From Octopus sinensis (lineage: Eukaryota): a stretch of 64,000 bases of DNA. Of this stretch, positions 1 to 15,035 are shown piece after piece. The stretch spans positions 30,504,001-30,568,000 of the forward strand of contig NC_043013.1 of NCBI RefSeq assembly GCF_006345805.1. Reading direction: 5' to 3'. Position 1 is the stretch's first letter; every line of letters starts with the position of its first letter. The notes below the pieces were generated by a model. It made no database searches. It was not told the origin of the DNA and worked only from the letters and a program-made list of their open reading frames with translations. The position numbers and the translations under genes were made by a program.

Positions 1-250
1 TATTTGAAAGAAGGATCTGTAGCATAAAAAAAGGTTGTGCCTATAATGCTTGGAGCATTGAGAACAGTAAGACATAGACAAATACCTGAAGGGGATTGAA
101 ATAGAATGCCCTGCAGAGCTTCCACGGAAAGTTTATCTTTTAGGGACAGCAAAGATTATTAGAAGGGTTCTAAGCACTTGGAAGCGTGCTGAAAACTAGT
201 GAATACCTAAGGATACAGATAGTAACACCGCTACCCACATAAGTCAATCA
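1..250 (+). mobile_element. R4/Dong-like non-LTR retrotransposon 3' end (C-terminus of restriction-like endonuclease + 3' UTR), degenerate
   Basis: Hand translation gives KKVVPIMLGAL (frameshift) IDKYLKGIEIECPAELPRKVYLLGTAKIIRRVL, matching the R4/Dong C-terminal pattern VVP.V.GALG...LLGTA.I.R.VL; followed directly by (TAC)n(TAA)n. Confidence 0.85.
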
Positions 251-254
251 GGAA

Positions 255-590
<336 letters not shown>

Positions 591-675
591 CTGAAAAAAG
601 TATCCAAAACAACCCCTTAAAATATTAAATTACAAGAATTTGAGGTATGTTTTCATACTTGTTAAGGCTGTAACT

Positions 676-702
676 ATCCATCCATCCATCCATCCATCCA
701 TC

Positions 703-790
<88 letters not shown>
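676..790. repeat. (TCCA)n(TCTA)n microsatellite
   Basis: Seen directly. Confidence 0.98.
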
Positions 791-1490
791 GGGCGTGATA
801 ACGACCAGGGTGGCAACTTCCACTCAGCAATAGGCCGAGAGGAAGCCATCCCTAAAAGGTCTGGCGGAGGTGACGAACGCGTACATCTCATCCGTCATCG
901 ATTACCATCTGGCCATCGTGCCTTTTCCCGACCCTACCATCACCAAACTGGAACGCATATTCTTCTGCCTTTTGTGGAAGGGAAACGTTTCGATGGTTAG
1001 GCGATTCATTTGCTGTCAACACCCGCTAAATGGAGGGCTAGGCATGCCGTGGTTGATGATGCGCAGACATGCACCACGACCGCGACATCTCCGGCGCTTC
1101 ATGTCCGAACTGCAGTTGTGGATGAAACAGAGTCCGAAGCTAGGCGAGTGCCGCCTTGCTCTCAAGCAACTCTGTCGTCCAAGATCAAATTTGTGTGACT
1201 TCAATTCCACAAAGTCTTTCTGTAGAGGATTAGTGGAGGGGAGGTGCGACGACGTTCTCGGACAGAATCTGGGCGTCGACGAGGAATACCTAACCCGCCT
1301 GTTCGGGCCGGGACTTATGGACAATCACTAGAGATTCCTGGCCTGGCAGTCTTATCGAGAAGCATTAACCGTTCGGAATAAGCTCTGCAGGAACGGTTCG
1401 AGATACACAGGACCGACTTGCCCGTGATGCCGTCAAAGTGACGAAAACGTTGTGCACGCACTCGTGTAGTGTCCACATTGACGTACACAT
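791..1490 (+). mobile_element. L1/Tx1-clade LINE fragment (post-RT region and C-terminal zinc knuckle), pseudogenised
   Basis: ORF 870-1331 has FFCLLWKG...CQHPLNGGLG. The same frame continues through stops as FLAWQSYREALTVRNKL...TCP*CRQSDENVVHALV*CP, a CxxC...H...C motif typical of Tx1/L1. Confidence 0.85.
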
Positions 1491-1753
1491 ACACATTTTT
1501 TGTAAATTCTAAAAATATATCTCCTTCTGTGTGTGTGTATATATATACTACCAAACAAACCTGATTTTTATTGAACACAAAATTCTATTTGGAGTCCCGT
1601 CCTAATTACTTTTTTTAAATATTAAGGTATGCTTACACCCAAACAACCCTTGTTCTATTGGTGGTGACACCGTCGGATTGAATGATACCGCCCAGGTGTC
1701 GAAACCATTGTGATATGTAAACATGTGTGTGTATGTAAGTACGTATATATATG

Positions 1754-1811
<58 letters not shown>

Positions 1812-1867
1812 TGTATGTATGCATATATAACAATGACGGGCATAATTTTTCTCAGTATGTTCTAGCG

Positions 1868-2130
1868 GTTGTGGAGGCGCATTGCATACTGGTTAGGGTG
1901 TCAACATCATGATCTTAAGATTGTGGTTTCGATTCCCAGACCGGCCGACACGTTGTGTTCTTCAGCAAAACACTTCATTCCACATTGCTCCAGTCCTCTC
2001 AGCTGGCAAACTATTAGTAACGCTGCGATGGACGGGCGTCCCGTCCAGCTGGGGAACACATACGCCATTGAAACCGGGAAACCTGGCCCATTAGCCTGGC
2101 TAGGCTTTAAAAGGGCGCATTTATTATTTT
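1868..2130 (+). mobile_element. tRNA-derived SINE with CORE-like central domain
   Basis: Degenerate A/B boxes, then ttgtgttcttcagcaaaacacttc (CORE-like); tail shared with copies at 37555-37790 and 23985-24291. Confidence 0.8.
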
Positions 2131-3587
2131 TTTAATGTTCTAGCGATTAAGACCTCAACAAATAGGATAATCGCTGGTGTGAACGCCACATGTAAACATA
2201 ACGATTTATTTTTAGTGGGCAGACATCAGTACTAATCAGTAGACAGATTGTCCCTTGAAATTACAATAAAAAATCTCAGTGGTCCTTTTTGGGACTCAAA
2301 GACAGGGGCTTGCTTCTGGATGACCACACGCAACATGCCAAAACACCAGTATCCCAGAATCCCTTTTACCAATGAGCTGAGTGGGATGTAAATGCATTAT
2401 TATCATAAATGTAATTGTTCTCAGGTGACAACTATCACCCTTCGTTCTTTATCTTTATTATAGCCTGTCCCTCATGAGAGAAAGCTACAAGCCAAGTACG
2501 TAGAAAATACTGTATTCGATCGAAAACTATTGGGAAACGAAAATAACAACTAACAGATAGCACATTATTTTCGCAATATTCATTCCATAACTTACCAGTA
2601 CTATTTCAAGCGTTCTTAGACGGATGTTTAATTGTAAATATGAAGACAAACTGATAAACATATGAAATAGGGACTTGTTCATGAAATATTCATTACGAAC
2701 AACAATGGCGACGTCGAGCTTGTTACCAGAAATCATACGTATTGTCACTCACCTACCAGGAATCTCAAGTACCAGAAATCATACGTGCTCTCACTTAGCT
2801 ATACACAAAAGGCAAGTTCAACATAAGTGATTTAATCATTATGAGAATAACTTACATAAGCGTCATTTAGATATGAAGCTCATGCATAAATTCACTGACA
2901 AATCTGAATCTCTATAGGAAACAGGTATAACCATTCTCCATTATCGTATTTTAAATTATTACAATGAACACACAAGATAATCGTAGATATAAAGCGTAAG
3001 CTGGGAATTCAACCACAATAGATATTTTGTTCTTTATGCGTAACAGAGTAGAATGTTTATACTGAATTGTGATGAAAACAATGTCTTTAGAAAACTATCT
3101 GTACACAGAAAACAGAGATATCCTCGACACTATAATTTAAAGTTAAAAAGCTATATAAAATAAATTAGTATTACATATTCTGGTTTAATAATGTAGAAAT
3201 GAAGGAACCTCCCAAACTTCACACGGGAGAATATTATTTATAAATGCAGTGAGTAGGATTTTAGGTACTTTTAATGTAACAAAATAATAGGTCACTAATA
3301 CGCATCAACTCGGAGATTCTACACGGTTACATGACATGTTATAAGCCTTAATCAATTTCCTTTATATCACATTTTACGTTACGTTTGTAATAAGTTTTAC
3401 ATAGAAGGAAAACTATTATTGTAAGAACTTGAAGTGATGTTTGGTTTACAAAGAGACGTTTTAGCTAGACTGTCTTCAATGGTATAACTATGTTTGGGAT
3501 TTAATGGTTCTACATCTATATTGCTGTTTTATGCTTTTGAATAGTGCACAAATTAAACAAGAACATATTCTTTGATGAATTTCTAGA

Positions 3588-3658
3588 TTCTTAAAAGTTA
3601 TAGGATATTTTAGAAAGTGTATTCTTAAAAGTTATAGGATATTTTAGAAAGTGTATTC
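3588..3658. repeat. Perfect 34-bp tandem duplication
   Basis: ttcttaaaagttataggatattttagaaagtgta occurs twice (3588-3621, 3622-3655). Confidence 0.95.
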
Positions 3659-5169
3659 AAAAAGACATTTCAAGGAAAAACTTTGAAGACTATCACAACC
3701 AGCCGAAGAAAATTTTCTAATTCAGCCTACTCCTTAGTATTAAGAAAGTAGCGCTGAATGAAAATAAAATTTTTCAAAACACTTCATCACTATATGAAAT
3801 TATTCAAGTAGAAACATGTAAGATATCTACACTTTATTAGAAGTAATTATATGAATAGTTTCTTCAAACACCTCTGTCATAATGCAACCACGACAGCACA
3901 GTCAATGTCGATTTAATGGCAACACGCTGACAATACGCTAGTACGTAAACATGTTTGAACCGTAAATGCTACTGACACGTTTATCATTAGATTTACAGTA
4001 CAATCTTTTAGAGGTAGGTAAATTTATAACACTCATTATACTTTCAGGTTCACAAAACGAAAAAAAAATGTTAAGACAATAACTCTACAGTCAGCAATCT
4101 ATAGTTGTTAGTTATAATTGCCGGCATTCGGATTTGCTTTCGATGTTCTGGAATTTGTTTGTACACTTCCTACGTAGAAATAGAAGTATTATGACGTGTT
4201 CCCTTCGTGGACAATATTTTTAAGAGTTCTAAAACTGCAGGGTCAGTGACTTGCGATGTTTGTGTGGTGAAGGAGTTTTTAATTTTTATAGAACATTGTA
4301 TCAATGGCACCATTAAAATAAGACGCTGGGTAGAACACTCCGTGGCAGAGATTTGTCACTATTACATTATACTGAGGTCTGCCGTGTTACATTCTCTCGT
4401 CGATTTATAATTGATAAATGTAATATTCCAAAGTTGTGGATTAATAGCACTCTTTATAATGTCGTTTTCCTGCCTTTTCTTAGTTAAGATTTTGTTTAGG
4501 GTCTCTTATCCCCTTTATGGACATCAAAAATACCTGACACGCTGAGGGGCATATCAAGGTGGATCACAGTACACTCGGCAACATGCCTTTCTCGATATAC
4601 TAGTGGCATTAATAAAAACTAAAGGAACTGTGTTAACTTCCGAAATCAAACACATGAAATTTTGTCTACATATCTCAGTTTATCTATTCAAATGGCTTTG
4701 CACATTTTAGAAATCTTCGAAAAATCTTCAGCAAGGTGAAAACTACATGGGCATAGGTTTTTATACAGAAACGCGATGAAGAATTCCAGAGATAATATTC
4801 TCTATCACTAAAGACCATAGCTCAGCAATAATTCAGAATTAAAAATAAATAGTAATGAATACAATCTGTGCCACAAATACACTTCAACATTCAATTATCA
4901 GTGAACTAATTATTTTAATTAGAGCTAAAAATAAATTAATTAGCTACAAAGTTAGTTTAATGACTTCCGTTGTTGTCTCATGAGATTTCGATTTCTTGGA
5001 TTTATTTCTTTTATTTCTTGCTCATATTTTAAATATCATCGCAGCGAATGTTAAAATATGTTCTCTCTTCGGCAGATATAATTCGGCTTCGATTGTTATT
5101 ATGTTGAGAAATTTGAGTCATGCCAGGAACGTATAGAAGTGTAATTCCTACCAGGAACATTTAGACATT

Positions 5170-5406
5170 TATTCGATATATATGCATACATACATATATA
5201 CATACATATATACATACATGCATACCTACATAATACATACACACACATATTTAAATATGTATGTATATATATATACATATATACATATATGTATATAAAT
5301 ATACATATATATGTATATACATAAGTATAGATATATATTTATACATATATATATATATGTATATATATATTTCTATATCTATGTATACATATATGTATAT
5401 AAGCAA

Positions 5407-5478
<72 letters not shown>

Positions 5479-5538
5479 TATATACATATATATATATGTA
5501 CATATGTATATATGCAAATATGTATATATGTATATATG

Positions 5539-5591
<53 letters not shown>

Positions 5592-5597
5592 ATATAC

Positions 5598-5660
<63 letters not shown>
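5170..5660. repeat. Long interrupted (TA)n/(TACA)n microsatellite
   Basis: Seen directly; source of the IY-repeat ORFs. Confidence 0.98.
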
Positions 5661-5663
<3 letters not shown>

Positions 5664-6100
5664 TGAGATCTGAATGTAAAATAATTAAATGGCTTGCTGA
5701 ATAAAATAAGTTTATATCGAAAGAATTGAACAAAAAATGTAGCAATAGAACCTAAAGCCAATATTATCTGATTATGGAGGAATCTTATATTTTCATTTAA
5801 TTTGGCAGAGTATCTTAATCTGAAACGCATGTACAATGGAAGCTTCTAAACTTCATACATATTTTCCGGGTAATTATTGACACTATTATGTGAAGGTGGC
5901 CAAGAAAACACGCTCTAATGTTACCATATAGCTTTTAAGGAAAGTTTTCAATTTTTCTATACTAACTATCTTAAAGATTCAAGATTCCATTTCGAACATT
6001 ATAATACCTTTTGTAAGTATTTAGACACTTATTCACCCGTACATATACATGCACACGTTTATACATACGTACTTACATATACACATACATACTTGGGCGC

Positions 6101-6131
<31 letters not shown>

Positions 6132-6714
6132 CGTATGTGTGTGATTGTACATTTATATATATATGTATATATATGTATGTATGTATGTATATATATATAT
6201 GTTAGAGAGGGGAGAGAGAGAAAGAGGAGAAGGAAGTTAAGTAGTCGTAATTTTCTGTTAAGCTTAATTTATTTCCAATGTGGTTTCTGAGTGATAGACA
6301 CTTGTCAATTTAAAATTCGACTTCTTGTTCCTCTATTTTCTATTGGGTGAATATCGATTACAGTTGTCCATGATTTAGATTTGATATTAGCTTCTTTAAA
6401 TCATTTCTATATCTCAATCCATCAGAAGATGGAACAAATTCGTGAAAAAGATATTTACTTTGATTTTCATGTAATCTCTAGTTTAATACACGGTTGGAAG
6501 GCTAACTAGGACACTGTTGAATAGCCGCTCACATATGCTAAACACTGATAGAAGAGATCGTGCTTAATTCGTCTTCACTCAATGGTCAATCTCTCTTCTT
6601 ACCCTTCCCAGACCATGTTCCTTTTTAATCTACCATCATCCTGTGACACTAATGGAGATCGAGAAATAATGAATGAATTCACATAACTGCAATAATTATC
6701 GACCTCATTATTTT

Positions 6715-6737
6715 ATTAATATTATTGTTGTTGTTGA

Positions 6738-6791
<54 letters not shown>

Positions 6792-6855
6792 CATTATTAT
6801 TATTATTATTGTTATTGTTATTATTATTATTGTTATTATTATTATTATTATTATT
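6715..6855. repeat. (ATT)n microsatellite
   Basis: Seen directly. Confidence 0.98.
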
Positions 6856-8147
6856 TGTACAAGTTGAATCTCAGTCTCACTGAGAGACCTCAAGAAACAA
6901 CAACAAGTTAGACGTTCAAGTTGGTGTTATGACTACATTGCCATTTATTTGGCTTTGCACCGAGTTTTGTTCCAGAGAATATTTCTCAAACCATAATTAA
7001 ATTAGAAGTGTGTTCTAAAAGTAATTTGATGATAAGATAATAGTCTGTTGTTGTGGTGGCAGTAAACGGCGTTTGCTGTTATGTACATTTAAAAGTATTT
7101 TGACACTATTTCCGGAATAAAATACTTTTGAGACTACATAGACAAAATCTTACGTAGGATATGCGCAGTTCCCATCAGCACTATTTCTTGAATTTCTCTC
7201 CTTTTTAGATTTCCTGTTATCCGAGCTCATCATCACAATCATCATCTTTAACACAACACTACCACCACCACCACCACCACCACCACCACTACCATCATCA
7301 ACATCATCATTATAGAATTAATTATTGTCTTCGATTTGTCACTAAATCGAGTTACAGCTCTGGTTTTCTACCCAACTTTTTATCCCTTGGTTGTAAATAT
7401 TTCTCTTTGAACATGTCTAGGTTTCACTAATGAACACTTCACCACTCGATAATTTAGACTGAACTGTTCACAGAAGAAAAAGAAGACATCTAGAATCTAT
7501 TTAATTTGTCTGAACTATGTCATCTCATGTGAACAAAGTTGCAACTGGCTAAGTTACTTTGTTGGTAACATGGACATGGAAACTGTTTATTACCAGTAAG
7601 TCCTTAGTTAATGTTTGGTAATTAGATAGTTTTGTAAGATTGTTCCTTGGCTTAATTAGAAATACATGTTTAAATACGTAAGTTCAAATATATATTGCAC
7701 TTACAACACAAAATATATTTGTAGTTAACTTAATTTACAGGTACTTAAAGTAATAGACTTGTCAAATGTCGTCTGCTTTATAATAATATTGTTATGCGTG
7801 TAACTGCTACTTACATAATGTTTGGAGGATATATCTTGGTACATTTAATTAGCATTCACATATTTAATTTTAATGTTGGGAAAATTAAAAGAGCCACGTG
7901 CAAACAGTTATGAGAGGAAGAAATAGACCCCAGCAGGGAATTGGTAACATTATCTCAATCATTTAGGATCTACCGAAACCAGATGTAAAAATCTTTATAA
8001 TTATGACAATATTAAACGATAGTTTAATATTGAAATAGTAATCAAAATATCCTCATGCTAAAAAGCCTCACAAAACGACAGAACGACTACGGTGGTGATG
8101 GTGGTGGTGGTGATGAGGATGATGATGATGATGATGGCGGCGGCGGC

Positions 8148-8237
8148 GGCACGGGGAATATAATAAATGGAGGCATGACCAAGTTGTGAAAGCTGTATGA
8201 TTATTGGGTTGAAAACGGTCTGGAGTCGGAGAAAAAT
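8148..8237 (+). mobile_element. R4/Dong-like 90-bp fragment, near-identical to 357-447
   Basis: ggcacggggaatataataaatggagg...ggagtcggagaaaaat matches 357-447 with a few differences; preceded by (GGT)(GAT)(GGC) repeats. Confidence 0.85.
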
Positions 8238-9469
8238 GTTAAGATGTTAAAGATCTAGGATTAATTTATTAAATCAATTGTCTATATGCACGTTTTATAG
8301 ACTTATCTTTTTCTATTCCACTTTTTGACGATCTTCAAATGACTACTCTTTTTTACTGATAGCTTCAAACTTTTGACCATAGCCGTGTTGACTTTACGGT
8401 GTCGTCAATTGAACAGCAGCGTCTATGATTTCTTGTTCTTATTCTTTTAAGCCGTCCAGTCGTGGGGCTTAAATGGCTTTTACTGTCACGAGTAGTTGCT
8501 AGGTTTTCAGTACTAGATTTGATACAAGAAAAAAGATCAATGCAAAAGACTTAATGTTAATTTAATTAGTAAATCGATAACGTAATGAACGTAACTGGTA
8601 GCAGAAATTGGACATGTCATTTACCAGAATTAATAAATATTCTGGTTCCTCTGAATAAACACGTTATCACAGCAACTGTTTTCATTGTGAAATTGTGTAC
8701 TAGTTACTGAAAAATAAAATATTCCCCATACTGGTGCCCTGGTTCTCGCATACATAGGAGAAGATATTCGATGAGAAACATCTGTTTTTTTTTTGCAAAA
8801 TAATTATTTATTAGTCACTCCTTGCTTTAGTGCCTTGGCCAAGAAAAAAGTTTAAAGTAGCATCGGAATATAAACATACTTATTACTTCATATGGCATGT
8901 TGAAATTTCATTTAGCTTAATCATATTTTTATAAGCGGAAATAGAAGTAAGATGTGCAATAAAAATATTATTGATGTCGTCATCATTTTATTTCCATTAA
9001 GTTCGAGGTACTAGGTTGATTGATTTTTTAAAGATTCCATTTTGAGATAAAAGTAATGTCGAAGCCGGAAGTATTAACCAGAGTAAATATAATTTTCAGA
9101 TCGATAAATCTAGTGAAATTGTCAGGAAGAAATGATTGATAAATAATTTTAAAATTATGAAATGCTTTCTCGTTTGTGTGATGCATGTGCTGTCAAAAGT
9201 ATTTTCAAGAGTATGTTTTTAAATACTGTTTCGAATAAGTCTTGACAGGATGTGGATACAGCAGATAAAACGCCAGGACTGGACTTTTGACAATTTTGTT
9301 TCTCAGATCTTGTCTATTGACTACTCTTTACTATTACCTACAATATCGATAACTGAAGGCCAGATAGACTGGTGTCATTGATCAATTTGCATAAAAGAAA
9401 GTCCATTCCTCTACTTCACCATGACCTTACAATTGAGGATATTGGTTACAAATTTTGATATAAGACCAG

Positions 9470-9642
9470 CAATTTCGTGTGATTATATCGACCCCAGTCC
9501 CCAAATAGTACTTATTTTATCAGCCTGAAAGAATGAAAGGCAAATTCGACCTCAACATAATTTGAGCTCAGAACGTAAAATAGACGAGATGCTGCTAAAC
9601 ATTTTGCCCGGAGTACTAACGATTCTCCCAGTTCGCCGCCTT
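9470..9642 (-). mobile_element. Deu/Nin-domain tRNA-SINE, degenerate
   Basis: Reverse complement begins ggcggcgaactgggagaatcgttag and contains the gcctttcat-type domain seen at 32028-32255. Confidence 0.75.
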
Positions 9643-10059
9643 TTGATTTGCAGAATATTAACATTGACAGTCAGTGTACGGGCACTCCGGAGAACATGTG
9701 TCGGGAACTGAATCCTGTCGATTTATTCATAAGATATATCTAAGGAAGTCCACAGCTTGTTTATCACGTTTATCAAGCTTGTTTATCACGTTACGTATGC
9801 GCTGTTATGTTTTCAATATCATGTAGCCCATTTAAAGGATGGCCGCATTGTAAACATTAAATTTGATATCAATAAAATTACTCTCGCTGTCCCAAACTCT
9901 ATTTAACAGTTTTGATAAACCAGCATTGCTAATTTATGATGGTATCCAGCATCATTGAAGGTATTTCAGAAAAGTGCTCTTCCAAACATTCAAAACTTTG
10001 TGTATTTTACTGCTGAGCCCCCAAAATGATACTCGAATGAAATTCAGTGTATATATATA

Positions 10060-10097
<38 letters not shown>

Positions 10098-10162
10098 AAC
10101 ATTATTGGTGAATTGAAGAAATGGAGCTGAACGCAGATTGAACAGAAATCGTTTTATTTCAC

Positions 10163-10239
<77 letters not shown>

Positions 10240-10252
10240 GTATATGTATGTG

Positions 10253-10291
<39 letters not shown>

Positions 10292-11439
10292 CCAGATAGA
10301 TTTACGACTAAGTGTGTGGGTCTGTTCGTGTGTTAATGTAGCATCGAATAAGAAGTTTAATTGAGATTTATGAACCTAAAACATGGAATCAATCATTTAC
10401 TAATCTCTAGTTGCAATTCCGTACTTGTTGTTTGTCAAGAAAGATAAATACCGTATAGATCTAGCGTGTATCTGATTGTTTTCTAGTTTTCACAGATAAC
10501 CAGAAGTGTCTATTCTTTCTTCTGTTTATTTTAGTCTTGTGCCATAATTGAAAGATGGAGTTAAATAGGCTTCATAAAGGAATTCGTAGTTAAAAGTACC
10601 TGGCTATCACGTCAGAAGTTTGATGTGCATTGCTGCAGTTTGCATTTACGAAGAGCGATAAGTCGCTCAAGAAAAACATGGGCATCTCAGAACCTCATTT
10701 ATATTATGCATATTTAAACACTTTCCTATCTTGTCAAATGAAATGTCTATTTAAAGAATACGTGTTTAATGTCAAAGTGCAAAGATATAACATCTTATTC
10801 TGTCGAATCAAACAGACTATTTCGATTATTGATGGAAGATAATTTATTTCATTTATGACATTAATACCCGCGATAATGTTAGTTATAAAAGTTACATAGC
10901 ATTAATTGCCTTCTGAATATTTGAGGTCTTGCACCTAATTAAGACAGCAAATTTAGCATTCTGTCAATTGAATAGATGAGCACCTGTATGGTTTCTACGT
11001 TACTTTGAATATAACTAGCATTAACAGCTAATGGATATTCAATATATTTAAGTAGAAAGTTGATTTGTTTGACGTGGTTATTTCACATAGAATAATTGGG
11101 TTTTAGGGGTTTGATTTTCTATACAATTTTTAACGTTTCATTTTATGATATGACATTCATATTCAGATCATAATAGCAAATATAGTCGATTATATTTAAT
11201 ATTGCAGCTCGCTCGTAATCATTAAGGAATTATATACAAAAACCCGGCCCAATTTCCGAAATTTACTGGTACCTAAGTACGAAAAATACATTATAATTTT
11301 TGGCGAAAAGCTCAAAAGCATCGGTCTATAAAATCACAATAAGAAAAATGCATTGCTTCTCAAAATGTTATACTATAGCAACCAAAATATTCCAGAAGGT
11401 TTATGTAAGAAAGGAGGCGTCTTCTAATAATAATAAAGA

Positions 11440-11835
11440 GGGAAATGAAGAAAATGGATACTAAGACCAGAACAATGTTGAGCTTCCACCCTACGAGTGA
11501 CAGCGATAGGCTGTACTTGTTCAGAGGAAAAGGTGATCAGTAGCCAGGACTGTATCGAAGCAGAGGAAAACGGCCTAGGGTGGTATATGAAAAATGCCTT
11601 CGCACCACTGTTGGAACACACGAAGAAGGCCGGCGAGATCAAAACTGAACAATGTGTAACTAAAGAAAGATTTAAACAGGACATAAACAAAAAGAAATGG
11701 GAAATGTATGGAAGGAAAAAAAATGTAGGGTCTGTTTGCAAGAGATGTGGACGCTAAGACAGATACAGAGGACCAGTGGCTATGGATGAGGAGGAGTGAC
11801 CTGAAGATAGAGACAGAATCGGAAAGCAGAACATT
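11440..11835 (+). mobile_element. R4/Dong-like fragment (post-RT region)
   Basis: Frames give MDTKTRTMLSFHPTSDSDRLYLFRGK, CIEAEENGLGWY and QWLWMRRSDLKIETES, resembling the HP.SD.DRLY..R..GG and W.WL..G.LK.ETE motifs. Confidence 0.85.
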
Positions 11836-11892
11836 AAGTGGAACGAAAACTCTGAAAGCATTTTGTCTGACCAACGATTCTGACATGTTCAC

Positions 11893-12005
11893 TCCTCCTG
11901 CTCCTGCACCCTCTCCTCCTCCTCCTCCTCATCCTCCTACTACTACTACTATACCACCACCACCACCAGCACCATCATTGCCACCAGCAGCAGCAGCACC
12001 ACCAT

Positions 12006-12065
<60 letters not shown>

Positions 12066-12095
12066 GACTACTACTACGACTACTACTACTATTAA

Positions 12096-12140
<45 letters not shown>
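11893..12140. repeat. Compound trinucleotide microsatellite (CCT/ACT/CCA/CTA/TTA)
   Basis: Seen directly; explains the Pro/Leu/Tyr runs of ORF 11747-12406. Confidence 0.95.
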
Positions 12141-12545
12141 TATTCGGTAGTTATAAGGCGGCGAGGCGGCAGAATCTTAGCCTCCTAGGTAGAGCCCGTA
12201 ACAGCATTCCGTATGTCTACGTTCTGATTTCAAATTGTGTCGATTTGGACTTCGTCTATCATCACCTTCAGGTTCAATACATTAACTGCTATTTGAATTG
12301 TCGACTAGTACTCTCCTCTACAATTCCCTGCCTTCTGCCTATATTTTGTAGATTTAGTGTGACACACTTGAGTGCATTATTTTACCATTTTGTCTATATT
12401 CAATGATTTGTTCTCTATCACCTAGCAAACTAAAGCATTTGATAGCTGTGTAGTTATCATTTTAGACACACACAGACACACACACACACACAACACACAC
12501 ACACACACACTCATACATATGTATGTGGAACTCGATATATATATA

Positions 12546-12578
<33 letters not shown>

Positions 12579-13249
12579 AATACATACATGTGTGTGTGTG
12601 TGTATAACGCTCTAAGTAATACTGAGTAAAGTTTGTTTCAGCTAAAAAAAGTTGAAGGCATGCAGTAGTGCTATTTCCATGGTGGAGCTTAAAACAAAAT
12701 TGATTTTAGCTAATATCCATATCTGTCGTATAGCATATCTAGAGTTAGATCTGTTGCTTTTTTTTCTTTCTTGGTGTATGTTATAGCATAACTTTTTTAG
12801 AAGCCGATAGTAGATTGTCCATATCCAGTAGAAATGCGTAAAAGAAATCGACATTAACTCTCATGCACGAAATTTTCAATCCTTTTGTTATCAGTCTTCG
12901 AACACAGCTGAAAATGGATGAAGAGGATCGGAATAACTTGCATAATTTCTTGTGCATAAAAGCGCCGTAATGCCATGCTGTTGTTATGGATATTGTTACG
13001 GCGGGGTGCTGTTAGAATTTTCAGACCTACAGACAAAATGCTCAGCAGCATTTGTCTGGCTTTTTGTCTTTGCGTTCGAATCCTGCTGAGATTAGCTTTA
13101 CTTCCCTTCTTTTAGGGTCGACAATATAAATAGCAGTGAAGTGTACGGCGTTGAATGATACCTAATGGCCTTGTGTCTAAACCAGTTGCCATCATTATAT
13201 ACATACACAACACACATACAGGCACATATACACAGACGTACACAAGTAT

Positions 13250-13284
<35 letters not shown>

Positions 13285-15035
13285 CATTATTGTGTAAGTA
13301 TTCGTTGCACAACATCCATATAAACTTGTATAGTTACATATCATTGTCAATAACTGTGAATAATAAAGAGCTATATTTGGTCATCGTTTATGTATGTTTG
13401 TTTTATATAAATCCAATAAGGATTATCTTGGATATAACACCGATATATATAAGTAAATGTGTGCATTAATGAGTATTAATTTAAAACATTAATAGTTTTA
13501 AAATTACATGAACTTCATTGATTTGTTTACGGAATGTTGATTCATCGTGGAGACACAGACATTTACTTGTTTCAAGATTTTTTTTCCCGAATGGAATTTG
13601 CAGTTATATTCAACATTCAGTTTCACATTAAAATATAATCAAAGATTCTTACGAATATATATTCATATATCGACTGTCAGAAGAAACATGCGTATTAATG
13701 CAGTTTCCATATAAAGTATGGGTCGTGAACTATATATGAACAACTGAAATATATGTTTAATCACAATCGCTAATATTCAAATTGTTGAAATTACTGTAGA
13801 ATTAATATTTGTGTTTTCCATTATGTTACCATTTTGACCTGTTTAAGATGACACAGGCGTATGCTCTTTCGTGATGGGAGGGTTTTAGAAAATCCGGTCA
13901 ACACAAATAGTATTTGAAATGTAGTAATCCACGCCCTTCGTATAAAGAAGATTAGCCTATATAATAGAATGCATTTTTAATACATATCAGCAACGTTTAA
14001 GGATGATTTATAATAATAATGTCTCGTACATATAGATTTCAGTTCTATTCTCTGCCTGCACATAACATCGTGCTTGATTGTATTTTAGACACAACACTGA
14101 CTGAATAAGAAATAAATTTATTTAGAAATGGAAGATTTCATGATCAAGACTTCTAGTATAGTCAGAGAAAATGTCAATAGTTTTCGCATTCTCTATCAAG
14201 CTAATCTTCGACGTCATCTATGTATCAAATGCAAATCTAATGCTGTAAAATATAATTAAAAGAATGTAAATTAAATTAAATAATTGTTAAAATAACTACT
14301 TGTGAAAGCACCCACAATCAAGTTTAGAAAAAAATACTGGTTGCTAGAGAATCTTATACTGATTTCTGAACACAAATAAAGATTTAAAACGTTTATTAGA
14401 CAAATGATAATCGTATGGCATACAAGTTGATATTAATGTTTGAAAATTGTTTCACGCAATTTAGATGAGAATTCCAAAGTGAACATGCTATGAGAATTGC
14501 ATTCGATTTAGTTTAAATAGTTGTCAAATTTCCACTGTTAATCTCGTCAGTTAATCTTACGAGATCAAATTTGTAAAATCGAATGTTTTTTTTTTTTTAT
14601 CTTTTATTATGAAATATTAGCAGAATTGTAAATGTACTACCCTAGAGAATATCAAGCCACTAAATGAAACGTCGAGGCTTTGTATCCAGTCAACTGCATT
14701 GTATTTATTTGTCACATTATGAAATCGAAATCGTTCAATTTAGCTGTGTCTACTGAATACCACCATCTAGAAAAACACCAATACTAATTATAATAAATAT
14801 TTCAGTTGTCCATTCTACCAATCTGATTCTTGAAGTTAGTGTCATCTTCCGTAAAAACTAATAATTTCATGCGAATCAATTACAAACTTTATCGTTATCA
14901 TGATAATATTGATTTTTCACATCAATGAATAATCTTCAAATAATCGCATGTCATTTTTTATAGACTGACATGATGTATATGTTTAAGGAAAATATTTGAT
15001 GAATATAATGTATTTCACTTTGCTTCTATTTGCTA

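Noticed and set aside
1670-1715. gatacc(gccca)ggtgtc hairpin followed by GAAA
   Set aside because: No CUGANGA in register and no stem I/III pairing.
5251-5836. Long ORFs rich in I/Y, C/V, H/T or L (here and at many other tracts)
   Set aside because: Translations of microsatellites that lack stop codons by composition.
11747-12406. 219-aa ORF, the longest in the track
   Set aside because: A Dong-like fragment fused to trinucleotide repeats and a SINE head; not a gene.
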